A stretch of DNA of 64,000 nucleotides from Candidatus Daviesbacteria bacterium RIFCSPHIGHO2_02_FULL_43_12 (GCA_001776775.1 MFDD01000002.1:309344-373343), one strand, 5' to 3'. Positions 48,921 to 60,402 are shown, counted from the stretch's first letter. The notes: generated from the letters alone by a model not told the origin. Made by a program: numbers and translations.

Positions 48921-50510
48921 TTGGTTTTTATGCCCGAAAACGATAGTCCATCCATCCAAGACCAGAAAGTACTCGCAACCTCAGAATTACCCCCTGATCT
49001 TTTCAACCAAGGATCGGCTCTGAAGGTGACTTTGCGGATAAAAACACTCAGTCTTATTCTACTACCCCTGCTTATCTTGAGCGGAACCGTTTTTTATCTT
49101 TTTTACCTAAGTAACGCCAAGGGTCTAGACTTTTTAGGGACCACTCTTTTTATAACCACACTTTTAGCTTCAGTTGCCGGACTAATTGCCTGGTTCTCGC
49201 TCAGCCCTCTTAGTAAGATCTATGCCAGCATCCAGGCTTTTCGGGATGGCAACCTGCAAAAAGCTATTGACGTTCACTCCCAAGATGAACTCGGCCAAAT
49301 TTCCGCAGTCTTAAATGAGATGGCTCTAGGTTTAAATACTAAATTGGCAAATTTTTCAGCGGATCAGGAACTTTCTCTGACCGAAAAGAATAAATTAAAT
49401 ACAATTTTATCAGCTCTTAAAGATGGCATTATTGTCATCAGCCCCGACAAAAAAGTCTTGCTTTCCAATCAGGAAGCTGAACACTTGACCGGATGGACAA
49501 ACCCAGACATGAAAGATCAATCAATCGATAATATTCTTATTCTCTCGGACCGAGCCGGACAGGCTGTTGACTCAACTGAATATATCCCTCTCGCCGGAAA
49601 AAAGGAACAAACATACGAATCCAACCAACCACTCACGCTGTTAAACCGAGCGGGAGCCCAAGTTACGGTTGCGCTAAGCACGACACCGGTTCCTTCCAAT
49701 AGCCAGATAGGCTTTATCATCTCCCTCAAAGACAGCACCCGGCAAAAACAGCTCGATTCGATGCAGCTTGATTTTGTCTCAATGGCCTCCCATGAACTCC
49801 GAACACCTATCACCAGCATCAGAGGATACCTTTCGGTTTTTATGCATGAAAATGAAGCAAAATTAAATAAGGAACAAAAAGACTTTCTTGACCGAATGAT
49901 GATCAGCACCCAACAGCTGGATACATTGGTCAATAACTTACTGGCCGTCTCCAAGGTGGAAAGGGGCGCAATCGCGGTTAGTACCCAGGCTTTGGATTGG
50001 GGACAAACTCTAACTCAGACAGTCCAAGAAAACCAGCTACATGCTAGCGAGAAAAATATTAAGCTAAACACCGAAAAGATCTCCGATCTACCCAAAGTAA
50101 TGGCTGATTCAGTCCGAATTGGTGAGGTATTAAATAACCTAATTGGCAATGCCATTAGCTACACTCAAGAAGGAGGTCGCATCACGGTCTCCAGTAAAGT
50201 TGAGGGCAGGGAGATGGTCACAACCATCAAAGATACTGGCCGAGGTATTGATCCGGAAACATTACCTCATCTATTTTCTAAATTCTTCCGAGTGCAAGGA
50301 GCCCTAGATAAAGAGAGCAATAGTAAGGGTACCGGGCTTGGACTTTATCTATCCAAGTCGATTATCGATATGCATAAAGGTAAGATTTGGGCCGAGTCTC
50401 CTGGTCTTGGCCAGGGATCAAGCTTTTCATTTACACTTCCTTTAGCGGAAAAGGTCTCTGTTTCCGAGTCTCTGGCTTCATTAGACTTACCAAAAGCAAA
50501 AATTGAGTGA
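48921..50510 (+). CDS. sensor histidine kinase (2 TM, HAMP, PAS, HisKA, HATPase_c)
   Basis: H-box SHELRTPITSIRGY, N-box LNNLIGNAISYT, G-boxes DTGRGI and GTGLGL. There is a PAS-like segment between HAMP and HisKA. Confidence 0.9.
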   Translation: MVFMPENDSPSIQDQKVLATSELPPDLFNQGSALKVTLRIKTLSLILLPLLILSGTVFYLFYLSNAKGLDFLGTTLFITTLLASVAGLIAWFSLSPLSKIYASIQAFRDGNLQKAIDVHSQDELGQISAVLNEMALGLNTKLANFSADQELSLTEKNKLNTILSALKDGIIVISPDKKVLLSNQEAEHLTGWTNPDMKDQSIDNILILSDRAGQAVDSTEYIPLAGKKEQTYESNQPLTLLNRAGAQVTVALSTTPVPSNSQIGFIISLKDSTRQKQLDSMQLDFVSMASHELRTPITSIRGYLSVFMHENEAKLNKEQKDFLDRMMISTQQLDTLVNNLLAVSKVERGAIAVSTQALDWGQTLTQTVQENQLHASEKNIKLNTEKISDLPKVMADSVRIGEVLNNLIGNAISYTQEGGRITVSSKVEGREMVTTIKDTGRGIDPETLPHLFSKFFRVQGALDKESNSKGTGLGLYLSKSIIDMHKGKIWAESPGLGQGSSFSFTLPLAEKVSVSESLASLDLPKAKIE

Positions 50511-50570
50511 TCAATATTGTAAAGACAAGAGTTGACATTTAAGTTGATTTCATCTAATTTGATTTAAGAA

Positions 50571-50975
50571 ATGAAAAAGATTTTAGTAGTTGAGGACGAA
50601 GCTTTTATTGCCGATCTATACTCCAGACAGTTGACTCTGGCAGGGTTTTCAGTCAAGGTGGCCAGCGATGGTCTCACCGGCTTAAAAACGCTGGAAGCCG
50701 ACCAATATGATTTACTGCTTCTGGATATTATGTTGCCTGGATTAAATGGCTTAGAGCTGCTTAAACAATGGCGGGCCAAATCTCCCCAATCAAGTATGCC
50801 TGTTTTACTACTCACTAATCTCGGTCAAGATGCCGTTATCAAAGAAGGCTTTGAGCTTGGTGCACAAGGATATCTGATCAAAGCGTCCTACACCCCGGAT
50901 CAGGTTGTCAATGAGGTGAGAAATGCTTTGAGCGGCAAACAAGCAGGTTCCCCTAATCCGCACCCGTCTCACTAA
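50571..50975 (+). CDS. response regulator, receiver domain only (CheY-like)
   Basis: MKKILVVEDE... with a phospho-acceptor D in LLLDIMLPG and a conserved K (YLIKA). It has no output domain, at 134 aa. Confidence 0.85.
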   Translation: MKKILVVEDEAFIADLYSRQLTLAGFSVKVASDGLTGLKTLEADQYDLLLLDIMLPGLNGLELLKQWRAKSPQSSMPVLLLTNLGQDAVIKEGFELGAQGYLIKASYTPDQVVNEVRNALSGKQAGSPNPHPSH

Positions 50976-52348
50976 ATTCGCCAAACGATCGAAAAAATTG
51001 CTCCAAAGATAGTTAAGACCCAAAGGTAGTATCCGGACCATCTTAAAGTTAGCTCATAAAAGATCTTGCTCGTGATCGTCCCCTGTCTTCTTTCCTCCCA
51101 AAAATCATCTTTTTTCACAGCTAAAAGACGTTCGGTGAAGACAGAAACATTAAACAGGACAGGAAATCCCATGAGTAAAATAGACATTAGTAAAAGATTT
51201 AAAATAATATTCATTCCTAAAAAAAATGTAGCAACTCGAATAAATGAAACGATAGCTATAGAAAGTAGGGATAAAATAATCATAGAAGAAAAGTTTTTTT
51301 GTTCAAAATAATTTACCAAACTTAAAAGATTTAGTTTATTTTTCCGAGAAAACAAGCGCACTCGTTTTAAAAAACCGAAGATATATATACTCACCTTTTC
51401 CGACAATCGATTGGTAAATATTTTTAGAGCATAAAAAAATAACAGTCCAAATAAACCCAAACTTGCAAAGTTTATGACATTAAAAAAATTTTTCTCCAAA
51501 GTTTGATTCAGACCTAAAAATGGTGTCATAAAAAAACTTAAGTACAAACTAGATCCTCCAATTGTCAAGATTGTAAAAAATAAATTTACCAAGCTAGCTA
51601 ACCTTGCTTCGTTTTTCAGCAGATTAACTTTTTTTGATGAGTATTCACTCACAGATGACAGCAGCAGCAAACTAGTTCTATTATTTTTTGAAACAGCTAG
51701 GGCGCCTCTGAAACCGAGAATAATAAATACTCCCAGTAAACCAAGGGCGAACGGCCAACCTATTTTTAAAAATAACGAAAAGCTTACCATCAAGACCAAG
51801 GCGATGATTAGAGTTTCTAAAAGCTTGAGTAGACTGCCCTTCTGCAGCATTAGTACTTGCTGATACACTAAACTAGAACTTAAGATTTTTTTTATTTTTT
51901 CTTCTGACAGGCTAACAATATAATTTATATGTATAAAGGGCCACAACTTAATCAGAGCATTTTGCAAAACTATTAGATAGATTAACAATGCGCCCAAAAT
52001 TAAAAACAGCTTAGAGGACAGACTGAAGAGTAATAGAGACATCAAGTAAAGAGTTCCCATTACCATCGTAAATACTAAGATGCTAAGCATAGTTATCCTA
52101 AAAGTAATAAATATTCCTAGCCTCTCTTTATTCATCATTTTCTGATGCAGACTTAAGATAGATACCGAGAGTACAGAGCTCCAAATAAAAAAACTCATTC
52201 CCAGAATAATTGCTCCAGCTAAAAAACCCAGGCAGTTAATTAATCCAAAAAATTGAAAAACCAATGAGGCAGAAATAAGGATTACAAAAAAAATGGTGAC
52301 AATATTTTTTAGTAGATTATCTCTGGTAATTTGCGCAAAATCTTCCAT
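50972..52348 (-). CDS. polytopic membrane protein (458 aa), unknown function; possibly Wzy/O-antigen-ligase-like
   Basis: About 12 TM helices, very AT-rich (about 30% GC), and no soluble domain. The assignment is a guess from topology only. Confidence 0.3.
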   Translation of the reverse strand: MEDFAQITRDNLLKNIVTIFFVILISASLVFQFFGLINCLGFLAGAIILGMSFFIWSSVLSVSILSLHQKMMNKERLGIFITFRITMLSILVFTMVMGTLYLMSLLLFSLSSKLFLILGALLIYLIVLQNALIKLWPFIHINYIVSLSEEKIKKILSSSLVYQQVLMLQKGSLLKLLETLIIALVLMVSFSLFLKIGWPFALGLLGVFIILGFRGALAVSKNNRTSLLLLSSVSEYSSKKVNLLKNEARLASLVNLFFTILTIGGSSLYLSFFMTPFLGLNQTLEKNFFNVINFASLGLFGLLFFYALKIFTNRLSEKVSIYIFGFLKRVRLFSRKNKLNLLSLVNYFEQKNFSSMIILSLLSIAIVSFIRVATFFLGMNIILNLLLMSILLMGFPVLFNVSVFTERLLAVKKDDFWEERRQGTITSKIFYELTLRWSGYYLWVLTIFGAIFSIVWRI

Positions 52349-52447
52349 ACAAGCTTATGGGCAATTCTACGTTTTTACTTAAAAAAAGAAAAGAGGAAGA
52401 TTATGAATTCAGAATTTGGAATGCAGAATCAAGAATTAGAGAACCGT

Positions 52448-52951
52448 CTACTCGATAGAAGCATTCATTACTTCAATAGCCTTTTCTCGATTTCCCCAAC
52501 CGGTTATTTCGACTTTCTTGCCTTGCAAATCCTTATAGTGTTCAAAATAATGCTGGATTTCTTTAGTGAAATGCGGGGATAGTTGGTCCAGGTCTGTAAT
52601 ATGTTTATACCGGGGGTCGTCGACTGGTACAGCTATAATCTTTTCGTCTTTCTCTCCAGAATCTATCATATATAGTACGCCAATCGGGCGAGCCGGTACT
52701 AAACATCCAGAAAAAGATGCCGAATCCAACAGCACCAATCCATCCAAGTGATCGCCATCTTCGGAACGAGTCTGGGGGATAAATCCATAATCACAAGGTA
52801 GAGCCATTGCCGTGTGGGCAACACGATCGATTTTGATAATATCTAAATCCTCTTCGTATTCGTATTTATTATGTGAACCCTTGGGCATCTCAATGACCAA
52901 ATTAAATTCCTCAGGATATTTTTCTCCTCGTGGTAGATTCTTAATACTCAT
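52448..52951 (-). CDS. ppa: inorganic pyrophosphatase (family I)
   Basis: 167 aa with the metal-binding cluster EDGDHLDGLVLLD and the KYEYEEDLDIIKIDRV region typical of family I PPases. Confidence 0.9.
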   Translation of the reverse strand: MSIKNLPRGEKYPEEFNLVIEMPKGSHNKYEYEEDLDIIKIDRVAHTAMALPCDYGFIPQTRSEDGDHLDGLVLLDSASFSGCLVPARPIGVLYMIDSGEKDEKIIAVPVDDPRYKHITDLDQLSPHFTKEIQHYFEHYKDLQGKKVEITGWGNREKAIEVMNASIE

Positions 52952-52983
52952 GTGGATAAATGTACTAAAAATGAATTAGAGAG

Positions 52984-54135
52984 TCAATAACTGTTTGTCG
53001 AAAGCTTCGCTGGGTCAATCTTCATTATTTTGTCATCAGTAGAGCCCGGGGTCCCTCGACCATCTTGGTTACTAGTCGTGATATACAACAGATTGTCTGG
53101 ACCCACAACCACATCCCGAATCCTGCCAAATTCTCCTGTAAAGTATTCTCTTAGGGCAGTCACTTGGTCCTTTTGGATAACTGCTTCATAAAGCGTTTGG
53201 CCCTTTAGTCCTCCAAAAAACAAAGAGCCGTTAAGATAAGCTGTGCCGGCAGGTGCCCAGGTAGTCGTTGGTCCTGAGTTATACTTTGGGGTAATCATAC
53301 CTTGCTTGGTTTCGTCTCCCTGGATAGTGGGCCAGCCATAATTTTTTCCTTTTTCAATAAGATTAAGTTCATCAAACCCTGTAGGGCTTGACCTTCCATG
53401 CTCGGTTTCCCATAAATTACCGTCTTTATCCCAAGCTAGTCCCTGAGGGTTCCTGTGACCGTATGAATAGACCAGATTATTAAAAGGACTCCCCGGAGCC
53501 ATCTTGCCGTCAGCTGTCACCTTCAGGATTTTTCCACCCATGGCCTTGGTATTTTGGGACAAAGAGGGGTTCTCGGCGTCTCCGGTAGTGATATAAAGAT
53601 ATCCGTCAGGGCCAAATTTTATCCTGCCTCCGTTATGGTTAGCTGCCCCCGGAATTTTATCAATAATTATTTGCTCATCGGATAATTTTTTATCGATATA
53701 AGTCATCCGTACTACTCTATTTAAGGTATCGCTACCTTGGCTGCTATATGTGTAGTAAAGATACAGATAATGATTGGTAGAAAAATCCGGATGAAGAGTT
53801 AGCCCCAATAAGCCACCTTCTCCAATTTCTTTCACGCCTGCAACTGTGGTTATCGGCGTAAGGTCAAGCTTGCCACTGTTGTCAATGAATCTAATTCGAC
53901 CCGGACGCTCGGTAAAAAGAATGCTATTATCTGGTAAAAAGGCTAGCGCCCAGGGTGTATCCAGCTGTTGGGCGATGACGCTGACTGCAGATACAGAATT
54001 ATCTGAGGAAGCAGTAACACTTTGGCTCGGGGTCATTGGGGTTGGTTTGGAGATCTTATTTTGAGAAAAGAAAAAACCCAGTATTCCTATCGCTATAATA
54101 GCTAATACTCCCCTTATCAAAAGAAGGGCCTTCAT
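52984..54135 (-). CDS. PQQ-dependent sugar (glucose/sorbosone) dehydrogenase, beta-propeller
   Basis: Signal/TM N-terminus, then conserved blocks HNGGRIKFGPDGYLYITTGD, GHRNPQGLAWD and TEHG of the soluble GDH/YliI family. Confidence 0.8.
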   Translation of the reverse strand: MKALLLIRGVLAIIAIGILGFFFSQNKISKPTPMTPSQSVTASSDNSVSAVSVIAQQLDTPWALAFLPDNSILFTERPGRIRFIDNSGKLDLTPITTVAGVKEIGEGGLLGLTLHPDFSTNHYLYLYYTYSSQGSDTLNRVVRMTYIDKKLSDEQIIIDKIPGAANHNGGRIKFGPDGYLYITTGDAENPSLSQNTKAMGGKILKVTADGKMAPGSPFNNLVYSYGHRNPQGLAWDKDGNLWETEHGRSSPTGFDELNLIEKGKNYGWPTIQGDETKQGMITPKYNSGPTTTWAPAGTAYLNGSLFFGGLKGQTLYEAVIQKDQVTALREYFTGEFGRIRDVVVGPDNLLYITTSNQDGRGTPGSTDDKIMKIDPAKLSTNSY

Positions 54136-54144
54136 CTTTTTATT

Positions 54145-56550
54145 TTATGCTAATGCTGGGGGTGGATTATGGGGAATCCTTTTAATCGTGCCTCCAAATG
54201 GCGGACGAATCAGCGCCAGTCCGAGTACCTCGTCAACATGTTTAACAAAATGAAACTCTAAATCCTTCATTACAAAGCTGGGAATATCTTCAAGGTCTTT
54301 TTGATTAGAGATTGGGGCAATTACCAGCTTAACCCCCGCCCGATGGGCTGCCAATACTTTTTCTTTAAATCCACCAATCTCCAAGGCCCTTCCCCGCAAG
54401 GTAACCTCCCCTGTCATCGCGATATCTTTGCGGACAGGGATCTTGGTAAAGGCAGAGACAATGGCGGTCGTTAAAGCCAGTCCGGCAGATGGACCATCTT
54501 TGGGTATCGCCCCCTCTGGAACATGAACATGCACATCGGTTTTATGGAAAAATCTCTCGGGCAGTCCCAGCTTGTTCCAGTTAGAGCGGACGTAAGACAT
54601 CGCTGCTTGAGCTGATTCCTTCATCACATCTCCCAGTTGTCCGGTCAATTGAACCTGGCCTTTTCCCGGCATCAGGGTGACTTCAATAAACAGGATATCT
54701 CCTCCGGCCTCAGTGACGGATAGGCCCGTGACAGCTCCTACCATATCTTCTATCTCTGCTAGTTGCGGCAGGAACTTGATCGGACCCAAGAGTTTGGTTA
54801 CTTCTTCAGCATCGATGGTATAAGTCTTGGTTTTGTCACCCTCCGCAATTTTTCGGGCGATTTTACGGATCACTCCAGAGATCTCTCGTTCTAGTCCTCT
54901 GACCCCTGCCTCGCGGGTATAGCTTTCAATAATCCGATAGAGGGCGCCGTCCTGAAATTGAATAAGATTGTTTTTGATGCCATGAGACTCAAAAAGCTTG
55001 GGCAATAAAAAGTTTCGCGCAATATGGAATTTTTCTTCATGGGTATACCCCGGATAGCGAATGACTTCCAGTCGATCTCTGAGGGCTGGGGGGATAGTAT
55101 CCAGGATATTGGCCGTAGTTATAAACATCACATTTGACAAATCAAAGGGAACCTCTAAATAGTGATCAGAGAAAGATCCATTTTGTTCAGGGTCAAGAGC
55201 TTCCAGCAGGGCTGCAGAAGGGTCTCCTCTGTAGTCTGCTCCAATTTTGTCAATCTCGTCGAGCATAAAAACCGGATTAGTAGTACCCGATTGTTTGATC
55301 GACTGAATAATCCGACCGGGCATAGAGCCAACATAAGTCCGGCGATGGCCGCGAATCTCCGCCTCGTCACGAATACCACCCAAAGAGACTTTCACAAATT
55401 TGCGGCCCAAAGCCTTGGCAATAGATTTACCAATCGAGGTCTTACCAGTTCCCGGGGGACCGGCAAAACAGAGAATTGGGCCACGGATCTTTCCGGCCAG
55501 CTTATGAACTGCTAAGTATTCCAGCACTCGTTCTTTGACCTTCTTGAGGCCGTAATGATCACTGTCCAAGACTACCTCAGCCTTTTTCATATCAACTTTA
55601 AGCTTTCCCGTGACTTTCCATGGCAGATCGGTTAACCACTCTAAATAGTTACGGATATATCCAGCCTCAGGGTTGTAGCTGGACATTTTGGCTAAACGAG
55701 ACAGCTCTTTGTTGGCTTTTGCCCGAACCTCCAGGGGCATGCCGACTTTGCGGATTTTTAGTTCGAATTCACGAATCTCTTGATTCTCGGTCGATTCTCC
55801 CAGCTCCTCCTCGATACTACGCATCTGCTCGCGCAAGATGGCCTCTTTAGTCATCCGTGAAACCCGTTCCTGAGTATTAGAAGAGATCTTACGCGAGATT
55901 TCTAAGATTCTTACTTCTTTAGCCAATATTTCCGATAGGCGACGCAGACGGTCGACCGCTGAAATCATCTCCAAGATCTGCTGTTTGTCAATAGTTTTAA
56001 AATCAATAGCCTGACACACCAGATTGACCAACTGGTTTGGGTCATCATTGGCCGAAAGTAGCGAAATATTTGATAGCCCAACTGGATCAAATAAGGGGTT
56101 GCCGCCTAATTCCAGGTAACGGCGAAGTTGTTCGCGGACTGTCCGTAGCATGGCTTCGGTCTCTTCATTTTTTTCATAGAGTTCGGGGATCTCTTCTATA
56201 TCAGCCACAAAAAAAGGCTCTGTCTGGACATATCTTTTAATATACACCCGCACCAGTCCTTCGGCAGAAACTTGGTATTCTCCATCTACTTTGATAATCC
56301 GCCGAATCAAACAAACTGTCCCTACTTGAAAAAGATCGTGTTCGGTAGGGTCGTCAATCCGGTCATTTTTTTGGGTCACAAAAACAATTAATCGGTCGGT
56401 GGCATAAGCACTGTCGAGCGCAGTTTTAGACTTGAGACGCCCGGAGACGATCGGGACATTATTGCTAGGGAAAATAACCGTTCCGCGTAACGGAGCAACT
56501 GGTAAGCTAGAGCGTAATTTAAGTGGCTGGGCGGTAGGGTCTAATGCCAT
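54145..56550 (-). CDS. lon: ATP-dependent Lon protease (LonA)
   Basis: Lon N-domain, AAA+ Walker [10 protein letters not shown], Walker B MLDEIDK, and the protease domain with catalytic S in [10 protein letters not shown] and a downstream K. Confidence 0.95.
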   Translation of the reverse strand: MALDPTAQPLKLRSSLPVAPLRGTVIFPSNNVPIVSGRLKSKTALDSAYATDRLIVFVTQKNDRIDDPTEHDLFQVGTVCLIRRIIKVDGEYQVSAEGLVRVYIKRYVQTEPFFVADIEEIPELYEKNEETEAMLRTVREQLRRYLELGGNPLFDPVGLSNISLLSANDDPNQLVNLVCQAIDFKTIDKQQILEMISAVDRLRRLSEILAKEVRILEISRKISSNTQERVSRMTKEAILREQMRSIEEELGESTENQEIREFELKIRKVGMPLEVRAKANKELSRLAKMSSYNPEAGYIRNYLEWLTDLPWKVTGKLKVDMKKAEVVLDSDHYGLKKVKERVLEYLAVHKLAGKIRGPILCFAGPPGTGKTSIGKSIAKALGRKFVKVSLGGIRDEAEIRGHRRTYVGSMPGRIIQSIKQSGTTNPVFMLDEIDKIGADYRGDPSAALLEALDPEQNGSFSDHYLEVPFDLSNVMFITTANILDTIPPALRDRLEVIRYPGYTHEEKFHIARNFLLPKLFESHGIKNNLIQFQDGALYRIIESYTREAGVRGLEREISGVIRKIARKIAEGDKTKTYTIDAEEVTKLLGPIKFLPQLAEIEDMVGAVTGLSVTEAGGDILFIEVTLMPGKGQVQLTGQLGDVMKESAQAAMSYVRSNWNKLGLPERFFHKTDVHVHVPEGAIPKDGPSAGLALTTAIVSAFTKIPVRKDIAMTGEVTLRGRALEIGGFKEKVLAAHRAGVKLVIAPISNQKDLEDIPSFVMKDLEFHFVKHVDEVLGLALIRPPFGGTIKRIPHNPPPALA

Positions 56551-56611
56551 AAGATAAATGGTGAGCGAAGTCGAACCATTAGCAGAATAATAGCATGAGT
56601 GCTAATCTCTG

Positions 56612-59600
56612 TCAATAGGTTTTGAGTTCTAATAAATTATCAATATTGTATTTTCCTTGTGAGCGTACTCCTCCAGCTGAATCTACATAAATTTTTGGCG
56701 CTTTTGAAGCGAATGAAGTAAGCTGGAAACCTTCCGGAACTTCTCTTGCTTCAAAACCTGAGGGTATATCTGCTGTCACTTTCTGACCTTGTTCGTTCTG
56801 AGCTTGCTGACTGATAAAAAGTCGCATTCCCATCGCTGTAGCTTTTTTATGAGCATGAGTAAACACACTTTTTAAAACACCTTCCGCAGCAACTGCAGAG
56901 TAATTTCTTTCAATATGTAGGCTTGGATTACCGTCAGGGTCGGCCAGAATGCGAAAGACCGCTCTGGAAATTAAATTTCCATTTGCGTTTCGCAAAATAA
57001 TCATCTTGCTATTAGCATCAAAATACCCCAGCAAACAATCATTGTGACTACCATGACTATAATGTTGACAAGAAGCAACAGGTTTATCTCCTATCTCCAG
57101 GGTTACCTGAGGATCGCTTGAGTCAGTACAAACTAACCTTTGCCTAGTACCGGTTTGACTTTGAAATCCTAATAGATATTGGTTTATCCTCTCGAAAACA
57201 AAATTCGCTCGAGGGAGCTGACTTGATAATCTATCTGATAATGCACCTAGCGGCTCACTCCTTTTTGCTAACTCATCACCTTCTAATAGATAGCCCTCAA
57301 CTACCTCCTGCGGCTTAAGCGTCAACAACCTTAAGATATCTCTGCTTAAAGCAAGTTTATCTCTTAGGGCTTGAAGCGCTGTTCTTTGCACCCTTAAATC
57401 CGCGAGCTCTCGATCAATCGCCTCTCTGTCAGATGGATCATCATGTTTTGCCCTAGCTAAACGACCCAGCTCACCTTGCCTAGTTCCAATAGCTCCAAGC
57501 TGAACCCCTACCTTCGTTAGTTCTTCTCTTGCTTGATTAAGCAACTGAGAAAAAGGTGTTTCAGGTAAATCAAAGAGTTCTAAATCCAAGTGATCTTGAT
57601 TGTCGATAATGACCTGTCTAATCGCATGCGAAACGGCAGAAGCGTCCGAATCTAAGACCTCACTTAAAGGAGTTTCGTCATCTGTCCGCCAAGTATCATA
57701 TTGTTTATTTGATAAGAGTTTCGGAAGTAACTGGGCTTCTTTCAATTCCTCTAGGGCTTCATCATTTCGCTGCCCAAATTTCCATTCGTTAAATCGACCG
57801 TCTAACAAAGCTTCGAACAGCCCTTTTAAAACACCAACATGTCTGTCTGATTTTTCGTATTGTAAATAATATAAAGTAAAGGGGCCAGGGGTGCCCATAG
57901 TGGAAAAAAATCTTTGAGCTTGTGTAGCAGTTATCTCTCTTGATAAACCCATTCTTTTGGTGATTTCTTGTAAAAGAATCACCCTTGACTCTTCCAACGA
58001 TTCCCCGAGTGTACTAATCTGAGCAAATCTTTCAGGATCGCTTTGCTTAAACAGAGCGAAACAGTAAAAGATGGCTAGAGCTTCTTCCTCTTTTGCCTTG
58101 ATAAAACCGTCTTTAGGCCGAATCGTATTAAAGTCAGCTGATAGGTTGGCTAAACGAATTGCATTGATTGAGGTATATACCTCTTTTGCATCAATAATCA
58201 TTGAACGCCTTGAGGCTCTATCGGTAGTTCTTAAAATATCATTATAGAATTCTCTTAAAGTTATCGGCGCATAAGCTACCAATACATCATTTGCACTCCC
58301 CATAGAGACTATCTCTTCCTGGGATTGAATGACATCAAAACGACTCACCTCATTAAAGTGTTCTAGGGCCGCGGGAGGATTTATTGCTATACAGTCACCC
58401 AGCAAGGCCCTTCTTTTTCCGGGTGGAACATGTTCCCACCAGTGAAGATTAGATAACAGGCGTTCTGTATATCGAGCCTTATACTGATCGAGAAATTGAA
58501 AAACATCCTCCTTGGTTAGCACGCTTCCCCACCCTCTAATCCCATCGATACAAGCCCCAAACCCCCGTTCATTATCTGCAATATCTTCTATAAAGCCCTT
58601 TGTTTCTTCTGGGGTATAAAGATAACTAAATTGATCGAAACTGGCGACTAATCCATAGGGGTCAATGATTGCAGCGTGGTCGAGAAAGCCCCTTAGCTGA
58701 TCATCTCCTCCCAAAAATTCTCTGATAGCAGTGGCCTCCCTAAAGGCTCTCGTAACCCCTCTTTCCTGCTGATCTTCTAGGTGTCTTTCTATTTCCTCTT
58801 TAGAAAAAAGGCCTCCTAGTGCACCATTTAAATAACAGCGGATAAAAGCATAGTCATTTTCTCTGCTAATAATGTCATCCAGCATCGTTTTATGAACATC
58901 TGGTCCTCCAGAAATATAACCTATCCAACTCGGGGCTTTTTCCAGTAAAAATAATGACATTGCTTCGGGAATAATACTCCTGACTGCTGCCTCTTGCTCG
59001 GTAGGACTACGTCCTTCCACTGCTAGATCGATGATAAATACTGCTGAGGTTGGGAAGTCGAAGATCAAAGTATCTTGAATTTGTCTTTTTTCGGCAGGGG
59101 TTAGGATATCTCCATGCAATAGATCCCTCAAGACAGCTTCAGAGTAGTGATCTCCATGAAAGAATTCCTTATTTTTTGTTCGAATCGCTTCTCTAGCTAG
59201 TGCCCCTACCTCGTCTGGATCTAAAACATCACGCATTGCCTCCCATCCTCTGGCAATTTGATCAGGTTTCTTCGCGATAATTTCATATATCAGCGATGCC
59301 TGTTCCTCCTTAGTAAAAACAGCTTTCGCTGGATCAAACGTCCAAAGTTGAATCGCTCGGTCGTCATCTCGGGTATATGCAGCTCTGATTGCTTCCTTTA
59401 AATCACCCCTTTGCTCATCTGAAAAAAATTTTAAATGCTCTGAAACATCTCCAAGACTACCTTGCGCTCTTGGTATTGAAGCAATAATTAATACGGGAAC
59501 TTCAGAAGACTGAAGTATCCTTCTTCTTATAAGACCCTGTACTATAGCTGCCTGAAAGTCATTTGGTAGGGCTTTAAGGCAGGCTTCATGCACATAATTT

Positions 59601-60361
59601 CTCACTTCCTCATCCGTAAATAAACCTGCGTTATCATAATAAAAAAGACTGAGAGCGGCTGTACCCCTAGGATCGGCCTCCAAACCCTGTTCAATTAAAA
59701 GACGTCGCTCTGCTTCGGTATAGAATGTATTCGGACGAAAAAGATAAGTTAACGCTATCATAGGATCCTTAGCTAGAGCCACATCTAAGATTCCTCTTGT
59801 CGCCTCCTCAGGTAATAGTCCCGAAAACTCTTCTATTCGACGAATCACATCAGAGGGTTTTCGAGCTGCTCCTTCCCTTAATAAAGCGACGAAACTCGCT
59901 TCAGATTTAGCTCCTTCTTTTACCTGCTGTTCGGAAAATAGTCTATTTAAATAAGTCAGTCCTGGTGTGCTAGGGTACTCCATATTGTCTAAAACTTTAG
60001 TAGCTAGTGGAGAACTAAATTCAACTGAACTAAGCACAGCCTCTCTTATCGAGACCCCTTGAGGCTCTTCAGTACGTGCTCTGGCTTGATCAGCCGTGGT
60101 TTTAATTTGGGGAGCTTGTTCCCTTCTGACTTGTCTAAGTGCTTTTACGAAAGCCTCATAGTCCTCTGACGATCTCGAATAACCCCTGGTCGCAATCCTG
60201 TCTTGATGCAACGCATCTCTTAGCTCTCTAGGCGAGAGGTCCAAAAGAGGATTTTCAGTAGCTGGATAACCATGTCCTAGCTTAATCTCTGTATTGGCTA
60301 GTCTTTGCTGGGCTAATCTCTGTTCACGAGTTTTATGGACTATCACTGGCCTTTTTTCCAT
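56612..60361 (-). CDS. very large soluble hypothetical protein (1249 aa)
   Basis: Uninterrupted ORF with no TM segment, P-loop or recognisable catalytic motif. Its GC is lower (about 38%) than the flanking lon and cobO genes. A 19-nt palindrome lies 24 nt upstream of its start. Confidence 0.5.
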   Translation of the reverse strand: MEKRPVIVHKTREQRLAQQRLANTEIKLGHGYPATENPLLDLSPRELRDALHQDRIATRGYSRSSEDYEAFVKALRQVRREQAPQIKTTADQARARTEEPQGVSIREAVLSSVEFSSPLATKVLDNMEYPSTPGLTYLNRLFSEQQVKEGAKSEASFVALLREGAARKPSDVIRRIEEFSGLLPEEATRGILDVALAKDPMIALTYLFRPNTFYTEAERRLLIEQGLEADPRGTAALSLFYYDNAGLFTDEEVRNYVHEACLKALPNDFQAAIVQGLIRRRILQSSEVPVLIIASIPRAQGSLGDVSEHLKFFSDEQRGDLKEAIRAAYTRDDDRAIQLWTFDPAKAVFTKEEQASLIYEIIAKKPDQIARGWEAMRDVLDPDEVGALAREAIRTKNKEFFHGDHYSEAVLRDLLHGDILTPAEKRQIQDTLIFDFPTSAVFIIDLAVEGRSPTEQEAAVRSIIPEAMSLFLLEKAPSWIGYISGGPDVHKTMLDDIISRENDYAFIRCYLNGALGGLFSKEEIERHLEDQQERGVTRAFREATAIREFLGGDDQLRGFLDHAAIIDPYGLVASFDQFSYLYTPEETKGFIEDIADNERGFGACIDGIRGWGSVLTKEDVFQFLDQYKARYTERLLSNLHWWEHVPPGKRRALLGDCIAINPPAALEHFNEVSRFDVIQSQEEIVSMGSANDVLVAYAPITLREFYNDILRTTDRASRRSMIIDAKEVYTSINAIRLANLSADFNTIRPKDGFIKAKEEEALAIFYCFALFKQSDPERFAQISTLGESLEESRVILLQEITKRMGLSREITATQAQRFFSTMGTPGPFTLYYLQYEKSDRHVGVLKGLFEALLDGRFNEWKFGQRNDEALEELKEAQLLPKLLSNKQYDTWRTDDETPLSEVLDSDASAVSHAIRQVIIDNQDHLDLELFDLPETPFSQLLNQAREELTKVGVQLGAIGTRQGELGRLARAKHDDPSDREAIDRELADLRVQRTALQALRDKLALSRDILRLLTLKPQEVVEGYLLEGDELAKRSEPLGALSDRLSSQLPRANFVFERINQYLLGFQSQTGTRQRLVCTDSSDPQVTLEIGDKPVASCQHYSHGSHNDCLLGYFDANSKMIILRNANGNLISRAVFRILADPDGNPSLHIERNYSAVAAEGVLKSVFTHAHKKATAMGMRLFISQQAQNEQGQKVTADIPSGFEAREVPEGFQLTSFASKAPKIYVDSAGGVRSQGKYNIDNLLELKTY

Positions 60362-60383
60362 ATATTAATCTTAGCAGAACTAG

Positions 60384-60402
60384 ACCCCGATTTAATCGGG
60401 GT
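60384..60402. repeat. palindromic element ACCCCGATTTAATCGGGGT (copy 2 of 2)
   Basis: A perfect 19-nt palindrome between the cobO-like gene stop and the 1249-aa gene start. Its core is identical to copy 1 at 43922-43940. Confidence 0.8.

Noticed and set aside
52331-52582. 83-aa ORF spanning the membrane-protein/ppa intergenic region.
   Set aside because: It overlaps the ppa N-terminal coding region antisense, and the only unique part is about 100 nt of AT-rich spacer. It has no motif support.
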